A stretch of DNA of 62,420 bases, filler included, from Globobulimina sp. (taxonomy: Eukaryota), in NCBI GenBank assembly GCA_003354225.1. It is 22 parts of 22 records of this genome, joined end to end, with 100 filler letters (N's around TTAATTAATTAA, not from the genome) between each part and the next. Parts side by side here need not be neighbours in the genome. Positions count along the whole stretch, not along the records: positions 59,681 to 62,420 come from PIVH01005126.1; 21 more parts are not named here. One strand, 5' to 3'. Below are positions 62,081 through 62,420 of the stretch, in pieces; position 1 is the first letter of the stretch; each line of letters starts with the position of its first letter. Under the pieces are notes generated by a model. It was given only the letters and a program-made list of their open reading frames with translations. It had not been told where the DNA came from and did not search any database. Made by a program: the position numbers and the translations under genes.

Positions 62081-62087
62081 AAGGAGG
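62081..62087 (+). promoter_or_regulatory. Shine-Dalgarno sequence
   Basis: AAGGAGG lies 7 nt upstream of the ATG at 62095. Confidence 0.85.
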
Positions 62088-62094
62088 CAATTAA

Positions 62095-62420
62095 ATGATA
62101 CAGCAAGACATGACTGCCACAATCAGGCAGGATTTTGGCAAAGGAGCGTCGCACCGCGTGCGACAGGATGGTCTTACACCGGCAATTCTATATGGCGGCT
62201 CTGATAAATCAGTTGCCCTGTCCCTGGATGAAAAGTCACTTACCAGGGCACTTTTGCAGCTGCAGGGGAAAAATGCGGTGGTAAGTCTCCATATTGAAGG
62301 AGAAAAAAGCAAGAAGGTCCACCATGTTCTGGTCAAGGAGATCCAGAAGAACCCGGTCTCCGATACCCTGATACATGTGGATTTTTTTGAAATCTCCCTT
62401 GATAAGGAAATCACACTGGC
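62095..62420 (+). CDS. rplY: Bacterial 50S ribosomal protein L25/Ctc, 3' partial (absent from the ORF track because it has no stop)
   Basis: Translates MIQQDMTATIRQDFGKGASHRVRQDGLTPAILYG...VLVKEIQKNPVSDTLIHVDFFEI, the classic L25 pattern; higher GC and a Shine-Dalgarno site. Confidence 0.93.
   Translation, partial: MIQQDMTATIRQDFGKGASHRVRQDGLTPAILYGGSDKSVALSLDEKSLTRALLQLQGKNAVVSLHIEGEKSKKVHHVLVKEIQKNPVSDTLIHVDFFEISLDKEITL

Noticed and set aside
62091-62414. 107-aa minus-strand ORF in the track
   Set aside because: It is the antisense shadow of rplY.
1-62420. Stop-codon reassignment (ciliate-like code) as the explanation for in-frame stops
   Set aside because: The internal stops are of all three types and rare. 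TAA, TAG and TGA each end intact genes here, and ORFs of 400-800 aa are open under the standard code.
1-62420. Operon-like or defence-island interpretation of the RT, EEP nuclease, VWA, kinase and TPR genes
   Set aside because: They lie on different contigs and are eukaryotic, so their co-occurrence is an artefact of concatenation.

Overview
This window is not one locus. It is 22 short, unrelated contigs of 2740-2743 bp, in descending size order, joined by artificial 100-bp spacers (44 N + TTAATTAATTAA + 44 N), so adjacency across a spacer means nothing. The DNA is AT-rich eukaryotic nuclear sequence with short GT-AG introns and the standard genetic code. Gene content suggests a protist, and by inference a foraminiferan or other rhizarian. 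Recognisable genes: a presenilin-like protein, tandem C2H2 zinc-finger genes, Nup205, kelch, XK-related, VWA, GT92, EEP, ankyrin, TPR, a 7-TM protein, AAGAB, CAP-Gly, RF2, Vps55, LTO1, EF-hand/HEAT, a Ser/Thr kinase and a CUB-TSP1-SGNH protein. Also present are two non-LTR retrotransposons (CRE-like and RNase H-bearing), a MITE-like inverted repeat, several pseudogenes, and a bacterial rplY joined to a eukaryotic gene. Most notable: (1) a membrane-anchored, circularly permuted VWA domain; (2) a ~30-aa F-box/SOCS-like motif recurring in five unrelated proteins; (3) a presenilin whose GxGD motif has become RAPE; (4) a ubiquitin-like/Ras-like/START/SPRY fusion; (5) a reverse transcriptase with ~140 codons between the xxDD motif and the next conserved block. 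All family calls come from motif recognition by eye; no searches were run.
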